Shown here in pieces: positions 14,011 through 27,601 of a stretch of DNA of 64,000 nucleotides (positions within the stretch are counted from its first letter, which is position 1; the number at the start of each line of letters is the position of its first letter). The notes beneath the pieces were generated by a model that did no database searches, had not been told where the DNA came from, and saw only the letters and a list, made by a program, of their open reading frames with translations. The stretch is from the NCBI RefSeq assembly GCF_009914755.1, contig NC_060932.1; one strand, written 5' to 3'. Made by a program: the position numbers and the translations under genes. Source of the stretch: the human T2T-CHM13v2.0 reference genome, Homo sapiens.

Positions 14011-16041
14011 TGACATCTCTTCCTAGTCTGTTTCATACCACTTTTATCTTCTTGTCACTTCCTATATAGGTTCTTGTCACTACTAACTATAGGTTTTATT
14101 GTTGGTAACGCATATCTTAGCACTTCAGTGTTATTGGTCTTGCATTACTATGTATGTGGGTTTTGTGATAATTTTTTTGTGTGGTATATCACAGTTTATA
14201 AAACATTATCATATTTGGGCCTGATAGTAAAGCAAGTCAGACATTTTACAGCTGGGAGCAGTTGTATTAGTAGTAGCCCCGGAACACATGGATACCAAGA
14301 GTTAAATGTAAAATGTGAAAGTGGAATCTAAGAGTTAACATCAAGAACAGTGCTAGTTCAACTGTTCTAACTTTCAAGGTCCTTTCACTTATTGCAAAAC
14401 TTAATGCACATTTTTTTCCTTCATATATTCTATAGAACCTAGCATATGTCTATTACATACTAGGTGTTAAGTATCTTATTGGCTGAAGTAGATTAGTATA
14501 TGCTATAAATAAGAAAATATTCTATGAATTATAAAAATGTGCTATATACCTTTCTTCACTTAGATTGAAAATTGGAGAAAGAGTGAATTATTACTAAAAA
14601 TTGCTTTGATGTGTTCTGATAAACAGCTTTTTTAAGATAATGTGAATTATAGGAACCTCGTGTTTGAAAGCTTTTCTTTCAGTGGTGCCTTGGTGTACTA
14701 CTTTGGACTTAGACTAACAAGATACAATTTGCCAGTATCTTGGTTGAGAAGAAACAACATGATTGCCATGAAAAAAGAAAAGAGAGAAAAAAAGTAAAAG
14801 AAAAATCTATGGAGTTTTTAAAAAGCATTCTTATAAACTTGATTTTAAAAGTGAAAATTGTTCTGAAATATCTTCATGTTCTGAAAATGTATTTTAATAG
14901 GTATTATATATTATAACATGACATCAATTAGCTAAAATCCTACCTAGAAATATGCTAGTTCATTACATTTTGGAGCTAACTTTTCCACGTAAGGGATAAC
15001 AAAGGATGCGTGAAAGGGAGTTGACATTTTTATTGTTTTTGGTAGATTAAAATAATTGGGTTGGCCAAGTATGAGGGTGAGAACATTTTCCTACTATTTA
15101 TCATGCAAATTCTGAGAATTTATTTGGAACTGATTGTACAAAGCTAATATTAAGAAAAAGTTACTTAACTTTTACTGGAATGAATAGTTATGATGATCCT
15201 CCTAACGTAGAGATGATGCAGTGATATCATTTTAGAAATAATTTTGTTTCAAATTCATTTATTGCTTTGGTCTCTTGCAGTTTTATTACCTTCTTCATGT
15301 AAGGATATAAACAATTGGATATTAAGTTAGTTGTAAGACCATGTAGGAAAATGGACAGCTTTTGTGTGCACATCCAGTCTCTGCTGCATCCTGACTGTGG
15401 TGACTCAGAATTAGCTCCGGAATCCATCCTTGCTGTGTGTTCCTCATACCACTTCTCAGTGTGGGCTTGTGCACCTCTCTCTGGAGAGCTCTGGCTTCTG
15501 CCTTTATTATTATTCTTCTCAAGCCTTCCTGCACTGCTAAGAAACTAGTTTTCCCAATGAATGGATGATTTTTATTTTGTCCCTCGCTTTCTCAAAACTG
15601 TAGCTCACCCTGACCTACTGAAAACCAACCAAAGTTCATGGTCTCCTCTAGTCGGGGCCTCTCAGTCTTTTGAAATTATAATGAACCAATGGATCTGGCT
15701 GATGTTACCTGCACACAGCCTGTTTTTTTTTTTTTTTTTTTTGGTGTGTGTCTGTGTGTGTGTGTCCTATTCATTGTGTTGCTATATAAGTACCTGTAGG
15801 CAGGAACTGGGCCTTTTTCACATTTTTATTCTCTATAACTAATTTCTAATGCAGTGCCAGGCCTATAGTGAACCTAAAGAATGAATGAGTGAATACATGC
15901 TTTTAAAGTGAAACAAATGTTACTATGTATCTTTTTTTATTGCCTACCTTTCCAAGTATGTAGTAATATCTTAATACATTGAACAAAGAAGAAAACGAGA
16001 GCAACAGAATTCAGCAAACAAATATTACTATGAATAGCTAG

Positions 16042-16457
<416 letters not shown>

Positions 16458-16739
16458 TAGTAACTGATTTTTGATTTAAAAAAATGCATAGATTCTTCTA
16501 TACTTTTAGGCTTTTGATGAAGTTATAACACACGGTTGCAACTAGTCCCCAAAGTTGTCTTCGTAAGGAACCAAACCCCCAGCAGCACCCTTTCTTTGAT
16601 TCTGAGCTAGCTCTGAAACTTGCAATTGACCAATGTCTCCCAAGACTAGGTCTTAAGGGCTCTTGAAATTTTATCCCTGGATCTCTTGGAAAATGTGCTT
16701 TTAGAATAGCTCTCTCGAAGATAGCTGCCATAGAAGCAG

Positions 16740-17156
16740 TGCCACTATTCTGAGACCAACTTGCTGTGAGATGCCTCAGCCATGTGGAGAGACCCTGGAA
16801 TATGAAACACTGAGAGAAAGAGAGAGAGAGACAGAGAGAGAGAGAGAGACAGGAGAGAGACAGAGAGAGAGATGGGAGAGAGACAGAGAGAGAGAGAGAC
16901 AGAGACAGAGAGAGAGAGAGGGGAGAGAGACAGAGAGAGAGACAGACAGAGACAGAGAGAGAGACGGGAGAGAGACAGAGAGAGAGAGACAGAGACAGAG
17001 AGAGAGAGAGGGGAGAGAGACAGAGAGAGAGACAGACAGAGACAGAGAGAGAGACGGGAGAGAGACAGAGAGAGAGAGACAGAGACAGAGAGAGAGAGAC
17101 GGGAGAGAGAGAGAGAGAGACAGAGAGAGAGACAGAGAGAGAGATGGGAGAGAGAC

Positions 17157-17188
<32 letters not shown>

Positions 17189-17434
17189 CGAGAGGGGAGA
17201 GAGAGAGAGAGAGTGAGACAGAGAGAGGGAGAAGCCAAGGTAACACCAAAGCACTAGACATGTGAGGGATGAAGTGATGGAGCCATCTTAAAAATGGATC
17301 CTCCAGCCACCCCAGCTGGTAGCACATGTAGCAGAATGTCTAGCTGAACACTTCTCAAATTCTTAATTCACAAAATTGTGAGCAAAATAAATGGTTATTG
17401 TAAGCCACTAAGTGTGGCATAGTTTGTTATGCAA
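16740..17434 (+). mobile_element. MLT1G/H-like MaLR LTR hosting a GA-rich VNTR; its last ~23 bp resume at 17780-17802
   Basis: cagccatgtggagag...ggagccatctt...gtgagcaaaataaatggttattgtaagccactaag...gtttgttatgca. Confidence 0.75.
16812..17232. repeat. GA-rich minisatellite with a 45-bp unit and 90-bp higher-order period
   Basis: GGG anchors at 16921, 16966, 17011, 17056, 17101 and 17146; 16921-17010 vs 17011-17100 identical at 89 of 90 positions. Confidence 0.95.
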
Positions 17435-17779
17435 TATAATGGATTGAATGTTTGTCTCCCCCCTAAATGTATATGTTGAAATTCTAACCCCGCAATGTGA
17501 TGGGATTAGGAGATGTGGCCTTGGGAAGCCATTGGGTCATGAGGGTAGGGCCTTATGAATAGGATTAGTACGCTTATAAAAAGAACTCCACAGAGCTCTC
17601 TCCCCCTCTTTCATTTACAGTAGGATATAAGGAGAAATCATCAGAAGAGGGTCCTCACCATAGCCTGCTGGCACCCCAGTCTTGGACTTTTCAGCTTGCA
17701 TAACCGTGAGAAATAAATTTCTGTTGTTTACAAACCACTCAGTTGATGGTAATTTGTTTTAGCAGCCTGAACTATGACA
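17435..17779 (+). mobile_element. MLT1A/MST-like MaLR solo LTR nested in the older MLT1
   Basis: gaatgtttgtctccccctaaatgtatatgttgaaattctaacccc...agcagcctgaactatgaca; flanks TGCAA/TGCAG (5-bp TSD, 1 mismatch). Confidence 0.85.
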
Positions 17780-17854
17780 TGCAGTGACAGATAACTGAAA
17801 CAACATACAGGAACATGTGTAAATTATTAATAAATTTCACCAGTTAAACACACC

Positions 17855-18699
17855 TGTCATGATATTGTGATTTTTTTTCTTATAATAACATAGATGTATT
17901 TGGCCTTCATCCCCATTTCCTCACATACAACTCCTACAGTTTTTGGAATCCCAGGAGTGACAGAGTGACCTTTGTATGCTGTTGGTTTGACTGATGGCTG
18001 GAATCCCCTAGGTAGAATGAGGAAAGGAAAGGCCAAAGCATGATTAGAGGGTTGGGACTTTTCAGCCCCACACTCAACCTCTGGGGAGGGGAGAGAAATT
18101 GAAGGTTAAGCTAATCACCAGTGGCCAATGATTTAATCAATTGTGTCTACATAATGAAGCTTCCATAAAAACCCCAAAGTACTAGGTTTGGGGGGCTTCT
18201 GAATAGCTGAACATGTAGAGTTTCCTGGAGGGTGGCATGCCTAGAAAAGGCATGGAAGCTCTGCATCCCCTCGCACAAACCTGCCCTATGCATCTCTTTC
18301 TGACTGTTTATCTGTATCTTTTGTAATATTCTTTATAAGAAATCGGTAAGCGTAGGTGTTTCCCTGAGTTCTGTTAGCTGCTCTCACAAACTAATCATAC
18401 CCAAGGAAGGGTGAGGGGAACCCCGGTTTTTAGCTGGTTGATCAGAAACACAGGTCACAACCCGGGGCATGTGATTGGCATCTGAAGTGGGGTTTAGTCT
18501 TGTGGGACCGAGCCCTCAACCTGTGGAATCTGACGCTATCTGTCCACCTGGTGTCCACTGCAGAATTGATTGCTTACTTGGTGTGTGGGGAAAGCTCCCC
18601 CCTCCGCTCCCCCTGCACATACACCTTTGGCTACAGAAGCCTTCTGTGTTGTGAGAGTATCATAGGAGAAACTGAGTTTTTTTTCCCCATATCCTTACA
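17855..18699 (+). mobile_element. MER21-family LTR nested in an old L1M
   Basis: gcatgattagagggttgggactttt, gtggccaatgatttaatcaat and cctggagggtggcatgc motifs; TG...CA ends; ACACCTGT at both junctions. Confidence 0.85.
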
Positions 18700-19110
18700 C
18701 CTGTGTAACTAACATCCAGAGCAAGGGACAGAATATTGCCAGCACCTCAAAAGCCATCCTTGTGTTCCCTTTCAGCAACAGCCATCTCCAAGGGTAGCAA
18801 CCACTTTGACTTCCAGCACCATAGATTGTTTTGTCTGGTTTTAAAATTTTGTATGAATAGACTTATCCATTATATAATCCATTATATACTCTTTTCACTT
18901 ATTATGTTTGTGGGATTATCCATATTATTGACTGGAGCTGTGGTTAAAACATTAGCATTGCTATGTAGTATCCCATTATATGAATGTAATACGCTTCATC
19001 CATTCTACTCTTGGTGGATATTTGGGTAGTTTCCAGTTGTCGACTATTGTGGATAGTTCAGTCTTCTAAATGTCTTTGGTAAATGTATGCACACTTTTCT
19101 CTTGGGTGGT
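18700..19110 (-). mobile_element. L1M (ME/MD-like) 3' fragment, continuing about 17800-17854
   Basis: cctgtgtaact...cagaatattgccagcacc...gtagtatcccattatatgaat...ggatatttgggtagtttccag. Confidence 0.75.
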
Positions 19111-20209
19111 TTTTCAACGGTTTTATGATTGCCTTTGAACTTGTTAGTTTTATATCTGTAAGTAGCCTATAAGCCACTCTAGAGTATAATGGCTAGGTTT
19201 TATACATATATATCTATATTTATTCTTATGATAATGCCTAGTAAACAGAGTTTATAGCTTAGAGTAGTTATTCAAGAAATATATGCTGATTGATCACTTA
19301 GAAGTTTTACAGCACATATGCTTGGTTCTCTAAAAAGAAGTTCTAAATTAATCATGCACTGTACACTACAGTATGTAAGTATAAAAAATAGGAAATGTCC
19401 TTTCAATTAGACATTCTTGTTGAATTAATAACAGCTTATTGGAAAACATTTCATCTGCTCAGAGCTATTGTTTTGCAAATAGCGTGAGAAAGAAAATCAC
19501 TTTGTTTCTTACAGTGATAAAAGACAGGATACTAATAAACAGCTGAAGTTTCTGTGTACTGTTATACTGAAGGGGTTTAAGCTTCAGTGAATCACTTGTT
19601 AGGATAGAAGTAACAAATTATGTTGGTGTGTACAACTGAAAAGCATCTTAGGGCACTATTCTTCTTTTGTTGAGTTATGTCCTTAGAGCTCTATCATATC
19701 ATTTACTGTAAGGTAAATTAATGAGTACTAAAATTACATTTTCTTCACATCTAATCAACTTGAGGAATTTCCCTTTTCGTTGCTTTTTTGGTGTATCACT
19801 GGGGCTATTTACTTTAAAAATCGCAATGAAAAAACTGTTCCAAATAAGCCAGGTCTGATTATTTTCAATCCCAGCACACTTACTTAAATGCCAATATCAT
19901 ATGGAAAAGTTTGACTCCAAAACGCCAGACTCTTTTTTTCTCTTTTCTGGTAAAGTGTAGCTCTTGGACAAAAATAAATGACATGGAAATTCAAATTAAT
20001 GTCAGATGGTTTTATGGTTTGTGGTTTGTGTTTGTGGTTGTTAACTCTGAAGAATCAGGACATATAAAAGATTAAAGAGTCTTTCAGCTACTAAGCTTAA
20101 AATATGTATGTTTACAAACAAATGCTATACACTTTCTATCTTGATTTATCCTTACTTCTTTAGTTACTAGCATGCTTTTAAAAAAAATACTATGATGTCT
20201 TTTACATCT

Positions 20210-20600
20210 TCCCATTCATTTATTTATGCAGTAAATATTTATTGAGTGTTTTCCGTGGAGCAGATACTACTCTGAGTACTTCAAGTTTCATAGACCTAAC
20301 TCTTTCCTGGAGGAGATCATGGTCTACTGCAATACCAGACATGTAGACAGACACTTACAATATGCCATCTCATAGACAGACAAGCAAACTAGGTTCAGAG
20401 CAACTCCTTCTGCTTAGGGGAGTCCAGGAAGTTTTACAGCACAGATAAAACTTGAATTGAGACTTGAAAGAAGTATAGGAATTTGAGCAAAGAGGTGAAA
20501 AAGGTTTTCTATGCAAAAGAGTAGCGTGATACAAAGGCACAGAGCTGAGAAAGGTTTGGCATATTCAGAAATCAGTGGCAAGTTCCCTTTGCTCAGAACT
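20210..20600 (-). mobile_element. L2 3' fragment
   Basis: cattcatttatttatgcagtaaatatttattgagtg and downstream L2 motifs. Confidence 0.7.
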
Positions 20601-20982
20601 TAGGGCATGTTGGGTAAAGAGGAGAGGGGAAGAGTGGGGATGAAGTAGGTTACCATTTTCACTGTGAGAAACTAAGAGCCTAGCCTTCCCCCAGGGTCTC
20701 CACTCTACTTTTTAACTTGGAATATTGCAGTAACCTGGGACTGGTAACCCTTTGTGGAATTGATAGGAGTTGAAGAAAAGGTAGACTTTTGAGCAGCACA
20801 AAGAATAGGATTGGATGTTCAAAAATTAAACAAAAAGGATATGCAAAATGGAGGGGGAAGGGCTGGCAACATGTTTCAGAACAAAAAGTAGTTCAGTTGG
20901 CCATTCCTAAAGGAGAGAAGCTACAGTTTAAGTGGGAACAGTGTTTGGAGGGAACCTCCATTAGAGTACTGCAGAACATTGC

Positions 20983-21346
20983 TGATACGGTTTGGCTGTG
21001 CCTCCACCCAAATATCATCTTGAATTGTCATAATCCCCATGTGTCAAGGGTGGGACCAAGTGGAGATAATTGAATCATGGGGGTGGTTCCCCCATACTGT
21101 TCTCATGATAGTGAGTGAGCTCTCACTAGATCTGATGGTTTATAAGGGGCTTCCCCCTTTGTTTCAGTCTGAATTTCTTGCTGCTGCTATGTGAAGAAGG
21201 ACCTGTTTGCTTTGCCTTCTGTCATGATCGTAAGTTTCCTGAGGCCTCCTCAGCCATGCTGAACTGTGAGTCAGTTAAGCCTGTTTCCTTTTAAATTACT
21301 CAGTCTTGGGTATTTCTTCATAGCAGTGTGAGAATGGACTAATACA
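20983..21346 (+). mobile_element. THE1 (C/D-like) solo LTR
   Basis: tgatacggtttggctgtg...gaatggactaataca; flanks ATTGC/ACTGC. Confidence 0.93.
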
Positions 21347-21399
21347 ACTGCGCGTGGCTTTCTTCATCACTTTGTCCATTCAACAACCTGGTGTGAGTA

Positions 21400-22050
21400 A
21401 TCTAGAGGGCAATTGGATGGAATAGCAGCAAATGTGGTAAATAACAGGAGCAAACAACATAATTATTTTTGATAGGAAGTGTAATAGCCTGAAAATAGGA
21501 AAGTACAATTTAAAGCATAAATACAGTGTCCTATAGTTCATAGTTATTGGGAAAAAGATGTTGGGTGTTTCCAACAAATGCCTAATATAAGGGAACAGCC
21601 TTATGACATTGATAAAAGAAGCGAATGTCTTGTCAGGAAGACCTGGATAAAGGAGGGTGATAGCACTGCTCCACACTCTGTCAAGGGATTGCAATTTGTT
21701 CTGGATGCCATCTTTTAAAAGAGACAGTTACAGAGAAAAGAATGGCCAGAGGAAGGAAACCAATGTAGTGGAAGTCTGAGAACAATATTGCAGGCAAAAC
21801 AGGTAATGAAACAGGCTATTTACCCTCTAATTGAGTAAAGGAGACATCACAGTTGTTGAGAGCAAGAGGGGAGACAATAACCACTAGATAGAAGTCCAGG
21901 GAGGTAGGTTTAGCTCTGTGATGAGATGATCCTTCTAATGCTTTTCCTTGTGAACAGGAAACTAAACAAGACCAAATAAATATGTCTAAGTGACAAGTTC
22001 GCTGTGTAACTGGGAGTGTTTCAGCTAAGGGTGGTGCTACCTTGTTAGGG
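21400..22050 (+). mobile_element. L3/CR1 fragment
   Basis: ggagggtgatagcactgctccacactctgtcaag...ttctggatgccatcttttaaaagagaca resembles the L3 ORF2 3' region. Confidence 0.55.
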
Positions 22051-22547
22051 ATACCGTGAGCTGTCAGAGTTTTACTTCAATGAACTTTAACACCACTAGA
22101 AGACATCTGAGTGTAAAATACAGATACTCTTGATATCCTTAAAATATGTATTAATCAGGCAGCCTGAGCTGCATGCACTTAGGAGCTCTGAAGCCAGTGA
22201 GCACTGGGCATGAGGTAAGAACTATGTGCTGTGAGGTTTTCTTAGTGGTTTTACTACTGGGAAGTGACTTGGTTGCTCAATTGAGAGGCTTCCATAAGAA
22301 TCACAGCTATCAGGGATTGAGTGCTTGTTAGTGCCTGATGCTCAGCTGTGCACTCTATACACTCTATCTGGTTTAATCATCACAACAGACTTGGATAGTT
22401 GGATTGTTTTAATCCCCTGTCTCCTTTTACCAGTGAACAAGTAGAACTTAAATAACTTGAGTCCAGCTGCAACATTTTCTAGCTGTGTGACCTCAGGAAA
22501 GTTATGTAATAGCTTTGTCCCAATTTCCTGATTTAGAAGTGTGGATA

Positions 22548-22837
<290 letters not shown>

Positions 22838-24189
22838 AAGTGTGGAAAATAATAATGCCTGCCATGCTGTTTGCAATTGTAATACCTGGATTCCCCCTCA
22901 GGTAGTAAGGGATGGGAGGGAATTTGATCACTAATAAAAGATACATTGACATGTATTAGAATTGTCATTGTTTATGGGTAAAATATTTAAAAAATATATG
23001 TATTTCATTTGGGAATTTGGTAGAGAGCCTAATGAGAGCTGCTGATCACTTGCATAGATGTATTTTTATGTATAAGAACAGCTGATAGTATTTTGCCTTT
23101 ATATTTCCTTCTTTATGCATACAGCCTCTCAAAGCCAATCTAAAATGCTGCCTACTTTATAAAATTTTTCTGACCCTCAAGATGGAATGGGATTACAGTT
23201 TCTTTTAAACTGTCATAGAATATTCTGACTTGTCTATGACATTAATGATTTCCCACCTTAACATTATATTTACTTGTTCAATTGTCTGACCCTCTCCAAT
23301 AGACCTCATGCTCATTCTGGCATGGCCTTTAGCATCTTCTTTGTGGTATGTCTTGGAATACCTCAATTTCGGTATGCAGGTCCTCAAATCTTTATTTGAT
23401 TTAGTTGAACCACATTGTTAAGCTTTAGTTTTTATCTCTTTTTCCTGATTCCTTTACACAATATTGAAAGACATTGGCAGAACATTTACTTTATATGGGC
23501 CATAGTGGTGGTGGTATTTTTTTAAGCAGATATGCTAATTTCTAAAATTTTAAGTTTGTGTGCTTCCTCAAAAGCCAACATTACTGTGATGAAAACAGAT
23601 TTTGAACCTTTGTTTGGTATCTGCATACTGATGATGATGGATCAATGGTGAAAGAAACAAACTATGTTTTACCTTGGCCCTGCCCCACAAGTCATTCATG
23701 AAAAGAGATTAAATGCTCCCTCCAGCTGACCCAGCTCCACGGACCTGCAGATGCAGGTTCTTCCCTGCATTGCCCAGCTGTGCTGGCTGAGTGATGTTCG
23801 AATATGTAAGCACTTTTTCATTTCCTTCATCTCTCCATCCTCCTGTTACTTAGTTTTTATGCTAAGATTCTCACCTGAGTTATCAGAATAGCCTCCTAAT
23901 TGAGGTTCCTGCCTCCATTCATTCTTGACTCAGATAAGTTCCCAACTGTGCCATGATAGTGAACTTCCTATATAGTTCAGTCACCCACAATGGCCACAGG
24001 GCAAGTTCCAAGCAGTTAAGCTGCCCATGAGGGCCTCCAGGGTCCCAAATTTCCAGCAGTATCCTCTTCCTGCCCTCTTCCTTCTGCCAGACTTCATGAA
24101 ATTTTTGCTCCAGAATTGAGCGTTTAGTTTTCTTCATTTATTTACCACTCTTTGATTCTCCATTAGCTATTGTTATTATTGAGTGCTTC

Positions 24190-24420
24190 CTTAGTAGTGA
24201 TTAGGGTTGTGAGCTCTTCATGAGCTCTGGGTCCACATGGCTGGGATCAAAGCTGTGTGATCCTAGAAGTTCTTAATCTCTGTCTCCTTCCATTTTCACA
24301 TCTGTAAGATGGGGATGATATTGGTCCCAGCATCATAGGGTTGCTGTGAAGATTGAGGTGATACCTGTAAAGAGTGTAGGACAGTGCCTGACACATAGTA
24401 GTGCACATCAATCTAATGCC
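24190..24420 (+). mobile_element. MIR
   Basis: MIR core: catctgtaagatggggatgat...catagggttgctgtgaagattgag...acagtgcctgacacatagta. Confidence 0.8.
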
Positions 24421-24469
24421 GTGCTTGGTACTGCTCTGGGAATTTGTATTCTCATGCCTCTGATCCTGC

Positions 24470-24810
24470 TATTCTCCCTATGTTGAGTGTTCCCCGCATT
24501 TCCTCCCCAACTTGAATTTCTGTCCATTCTTTAGAATCGTTCTAAGGTGTCAGCTTCTTAGTAAAGCTTTTCCACATCACCCTTTCCACCTTCAGAAAGA
24601 ACTGATCACTCCATCTTCTCTTCTACTTCTGAACCTTGAAAATAAATATTTGTGCAGCACACTTTCATGCAAGTATTCATATACACATCCGTGTCCCCTA
24701 CTGGATCATGAACTCATTAAGAACGAAGAGTATGATTTATTCAACATTGATTTCTTAGAAGCTAGCTCAGTGCCTGGCACATAGTATTCAATAAATAATT
24801 GTTGAACTGT
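24470..24810 (+). mobile_element. L2 3' end
   Basis: cagtgcctggcacatagtattcaataaataattgttgaa. Confidence 0.7.
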
Positions 24811-26599
24811 GCTTTTTGAATTGAACAGGAAAGCACTTTATCACTTAATGTTTTAGGCATGAAATCCAGAGTATGTTATCGCAGTGTCATGGTGATGTGC
24901 ATACATACATGCATGTGTATGTATGTGTCTGTGGTTTGATTAGTACATGCCTGATTAAGGAAAATAATTACTGTGAGTTGTTCATTTATTTAACTACTTC
25001 TGGTAGTTTATAAGAAAGGAATTTCTTCAACTTCCTAGGTAGAAATGCAAGCCAGGACTTGTGGCGATTCAGTGCCAAAGATCTGTTACTGTTAGCCTGG
25101 AAGACTGCAGGTCTGCCGGTTCCAGCTGTGCTTTAATAAACAGGAGCTCAAACACTTCATGATGGGAAGTACAGCTGAGGACTCTCGAATGCACAAGCTG
25201 ATCATGCTGAATGCTTTTCTGGGTCATGTTCATTTCATAAAAACAGCCAATTCCCAGCCTTCCCAGAAGAGGAAATGCTGAAGGTCCTAGCTGCGATGTG
25301 GGGTGAGGAGGAAACCAGGACGGAGAGGGAGAGGGGGCCTCACCACCTCCCCTTTCCTTGGCAAGGAAGCCAGCCCAGGCACCCAGCCCAGTCGCACGGG
25401 TCCCTGTTAGGACTTTGGGCTGTGCTTAAGTACACAAGTTTTTTTTTTTTTCTTGCCTTTTGTAGCGACTACGTTGTTCCAGTGACCAGAGCAACATGAC
25501 ATAGAAGCAGAGAAAACATACCAAGTTCTTGCCAGTTGCTAGGCAGAGAAAAACGCTTTTGGATGTTTGAAGTATGCTTCCTATGTTGATTTCCTAACCA
25601 TGACTTGTTTTGAAAGCCAAACACAATAGCATCGTGAATACTCATCAGCATTTGGTAGGCTTTGCTGCCAACCTAATTAACAGATTTCAGTTTAGAGGGA
25701 TGAGAATAAAGGGGATGCTTTTGGTAAAGTAGTAGCTTCGTGGGAAATTTGATTTTTCTCTAAGGATTGTTTCTTATAATTTTTTTGATATAATATAATA
25801 TTTAATTTCAATGACCATATTTGTCTTAATTTTAACACAAGCAGTTTTTAGATTATACTTAACATTGATGCTAATATAGTTGCAGTGGATTTTACCCAAG
25901 TTTTCTTTTTAAAAACCTAATGAAATATGGAAAAGGTAGTTCTCTTTGGTCTAATTGTCAATATTAGAGCTGTGAGTGTGATGATTTACCGTGCACTTAA
26001 TTTTTCTTATTGTCGGAGATAGGAAAATGATCATTTCTTCTGGGACACCAAGCTCTCATTGTTAAGTAGGGCAGCTGGTGAATCCTGAACTCAGAGGCAG
26101 AGACTCCCCAGGAGGGCCGCTGAGTACAGTAGGCTGTAAGGGAACTAAGAAGGATACTCTTCCCTGCATGGCCAAACACAGTTGCAGAGGACAGTTTCAG
26201 GGTGATGTTGGGCAGGCCATTGGGCTTGGCTGGTCCTAGGGGCAACTGTTTCCCTGTGGGCGATGGGGCTGCTCCATCCATGCAAGCGACCTGTGTTCCC
26301 CACCAGAGCTATCCAGAGTGGTGTCCCTTTAATTCTATTATCAGACCATGTGGTTTCTAGCAGGGAACATAGATCTAATTGAAGCTTTAAGGAAACTTTA
26401 TGAATAGGAAGCCACACATAGTTGTAGAAAGATCTCAGGCCAGCTGTCACTTGGGAGATGGAAGTTCAAGGTTAATTTCACTTGACTGGCAAAAGCGTTT
26501 TGAGAGAAAAGTTGGTTTTCGTAATCTTTCTTTTGGTTGGAGACAGGAAAAATGGGGGAAAAATTAATATGCCTTTCTACTATCTCTTTTGGGATAACC

Positions 26600-26830
26600 A
26601 GGTTATATTGATGAAAATGATTTTATGTACAAGGCACAGTGTGTGTATATAAATTCTTTTAATCTCCACCGTAATCCCAGAGAGTAGGCACTCTTATAGA
26701 TGGGGAACTCAGGTACAGAGAAATTAGAGAAATTCCCAGAATCACCCAGCTCGGAAGTAGCAGAGCTTGGATTTGAACTGAAGTCTTGTGATGGAATTCC
26801 TGCTCTTGGCCAGTACACTACATTGCCTGG
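26600..26830 (-). mobile_element. MIR
   Basis: atagatggggaactcaggtacagagaaatt...cagagcttggatttgaact. Confidence 0.75.
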
Positions 26831-26863
26831 GCATGCCGGGAGCGTAGGGCTGCTCCATCCATG

Positions 26864-26923
26864 CAGGCATCCTGTCTACAGGCATCCTGTCTGCAGGTGG
26901 CTTGACTACAGGTGGCTTGTCTA
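26864..26923. repeat. 15-bp tandem repeat x4 (CAGGCATCCTGTCTA, CAGGCATCCTGTCTG, CAGGTGGCTTGACTA, CAGGTGGCTTGTCTA)
   Basis: Read directly from the sequence. Confidence 0.9.
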
Positions 26924-27315
26924 CGTGCAAATGACGTGCTTGCTTGCTACATGTAGACATCTTAGCTGGATTGGCCTCTGAGTCCTCTGTAATACTTTCA
27001 TGGAGATTTATCTCATTGGGTTTAAGTCATAGATTTACATGTGTATCACTTCTATCGTATAGTGAACTTCTAATGGCAGGGGCTTGATTATGAGTTGCTG
27101 GCACCCAGCATGGTGCCTTTCTTTCGAGAACCTTATGGAGTTGAAGAACACAGTGCCAACAACCTGGGGCAGAGAGTAACAGTAAGGCCAAGAGCTTCAA
27201 GTGATCTCTAGGACTCTTTTTGGCTCTTGTCAGTACTAATAGAGATAATGTCTTGTGTTGCAATTTGGAATTCACGAAAACCAAACTTAAAGATGTTTTA
27301 AAAAAGAACATCACT

Positions 27316-27601
<286 letters not shown>

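Noticed and set aside
16498-17327. Long ORFs of 114-246 aa (ER/RD-rich or SL-rich) on both strands
   Set aside because: Artefacts of the stop-free GA repeat; no splice or promoter context.
25020-25045. Possible recursive splice site (cttcctag|gtagaa), also 421-438 (ctgtag|gtaaag)
   Set aside because: The regenerated donors are weak and such motifs are expected by chance in 58 kb; sawtooth RNA-seq evidence would be needed.
26864-26923. CRISPR-like array
   Set aside because: Eukaryotic intron; the units are contiguous with no unique spacers and there are no cas genes.
26829-26960. p53-like half sites (gggcatgccg, ctacatgtag)
   Set aside because: No paired RRRCWWGYYY decamers; mismatches at key positions.
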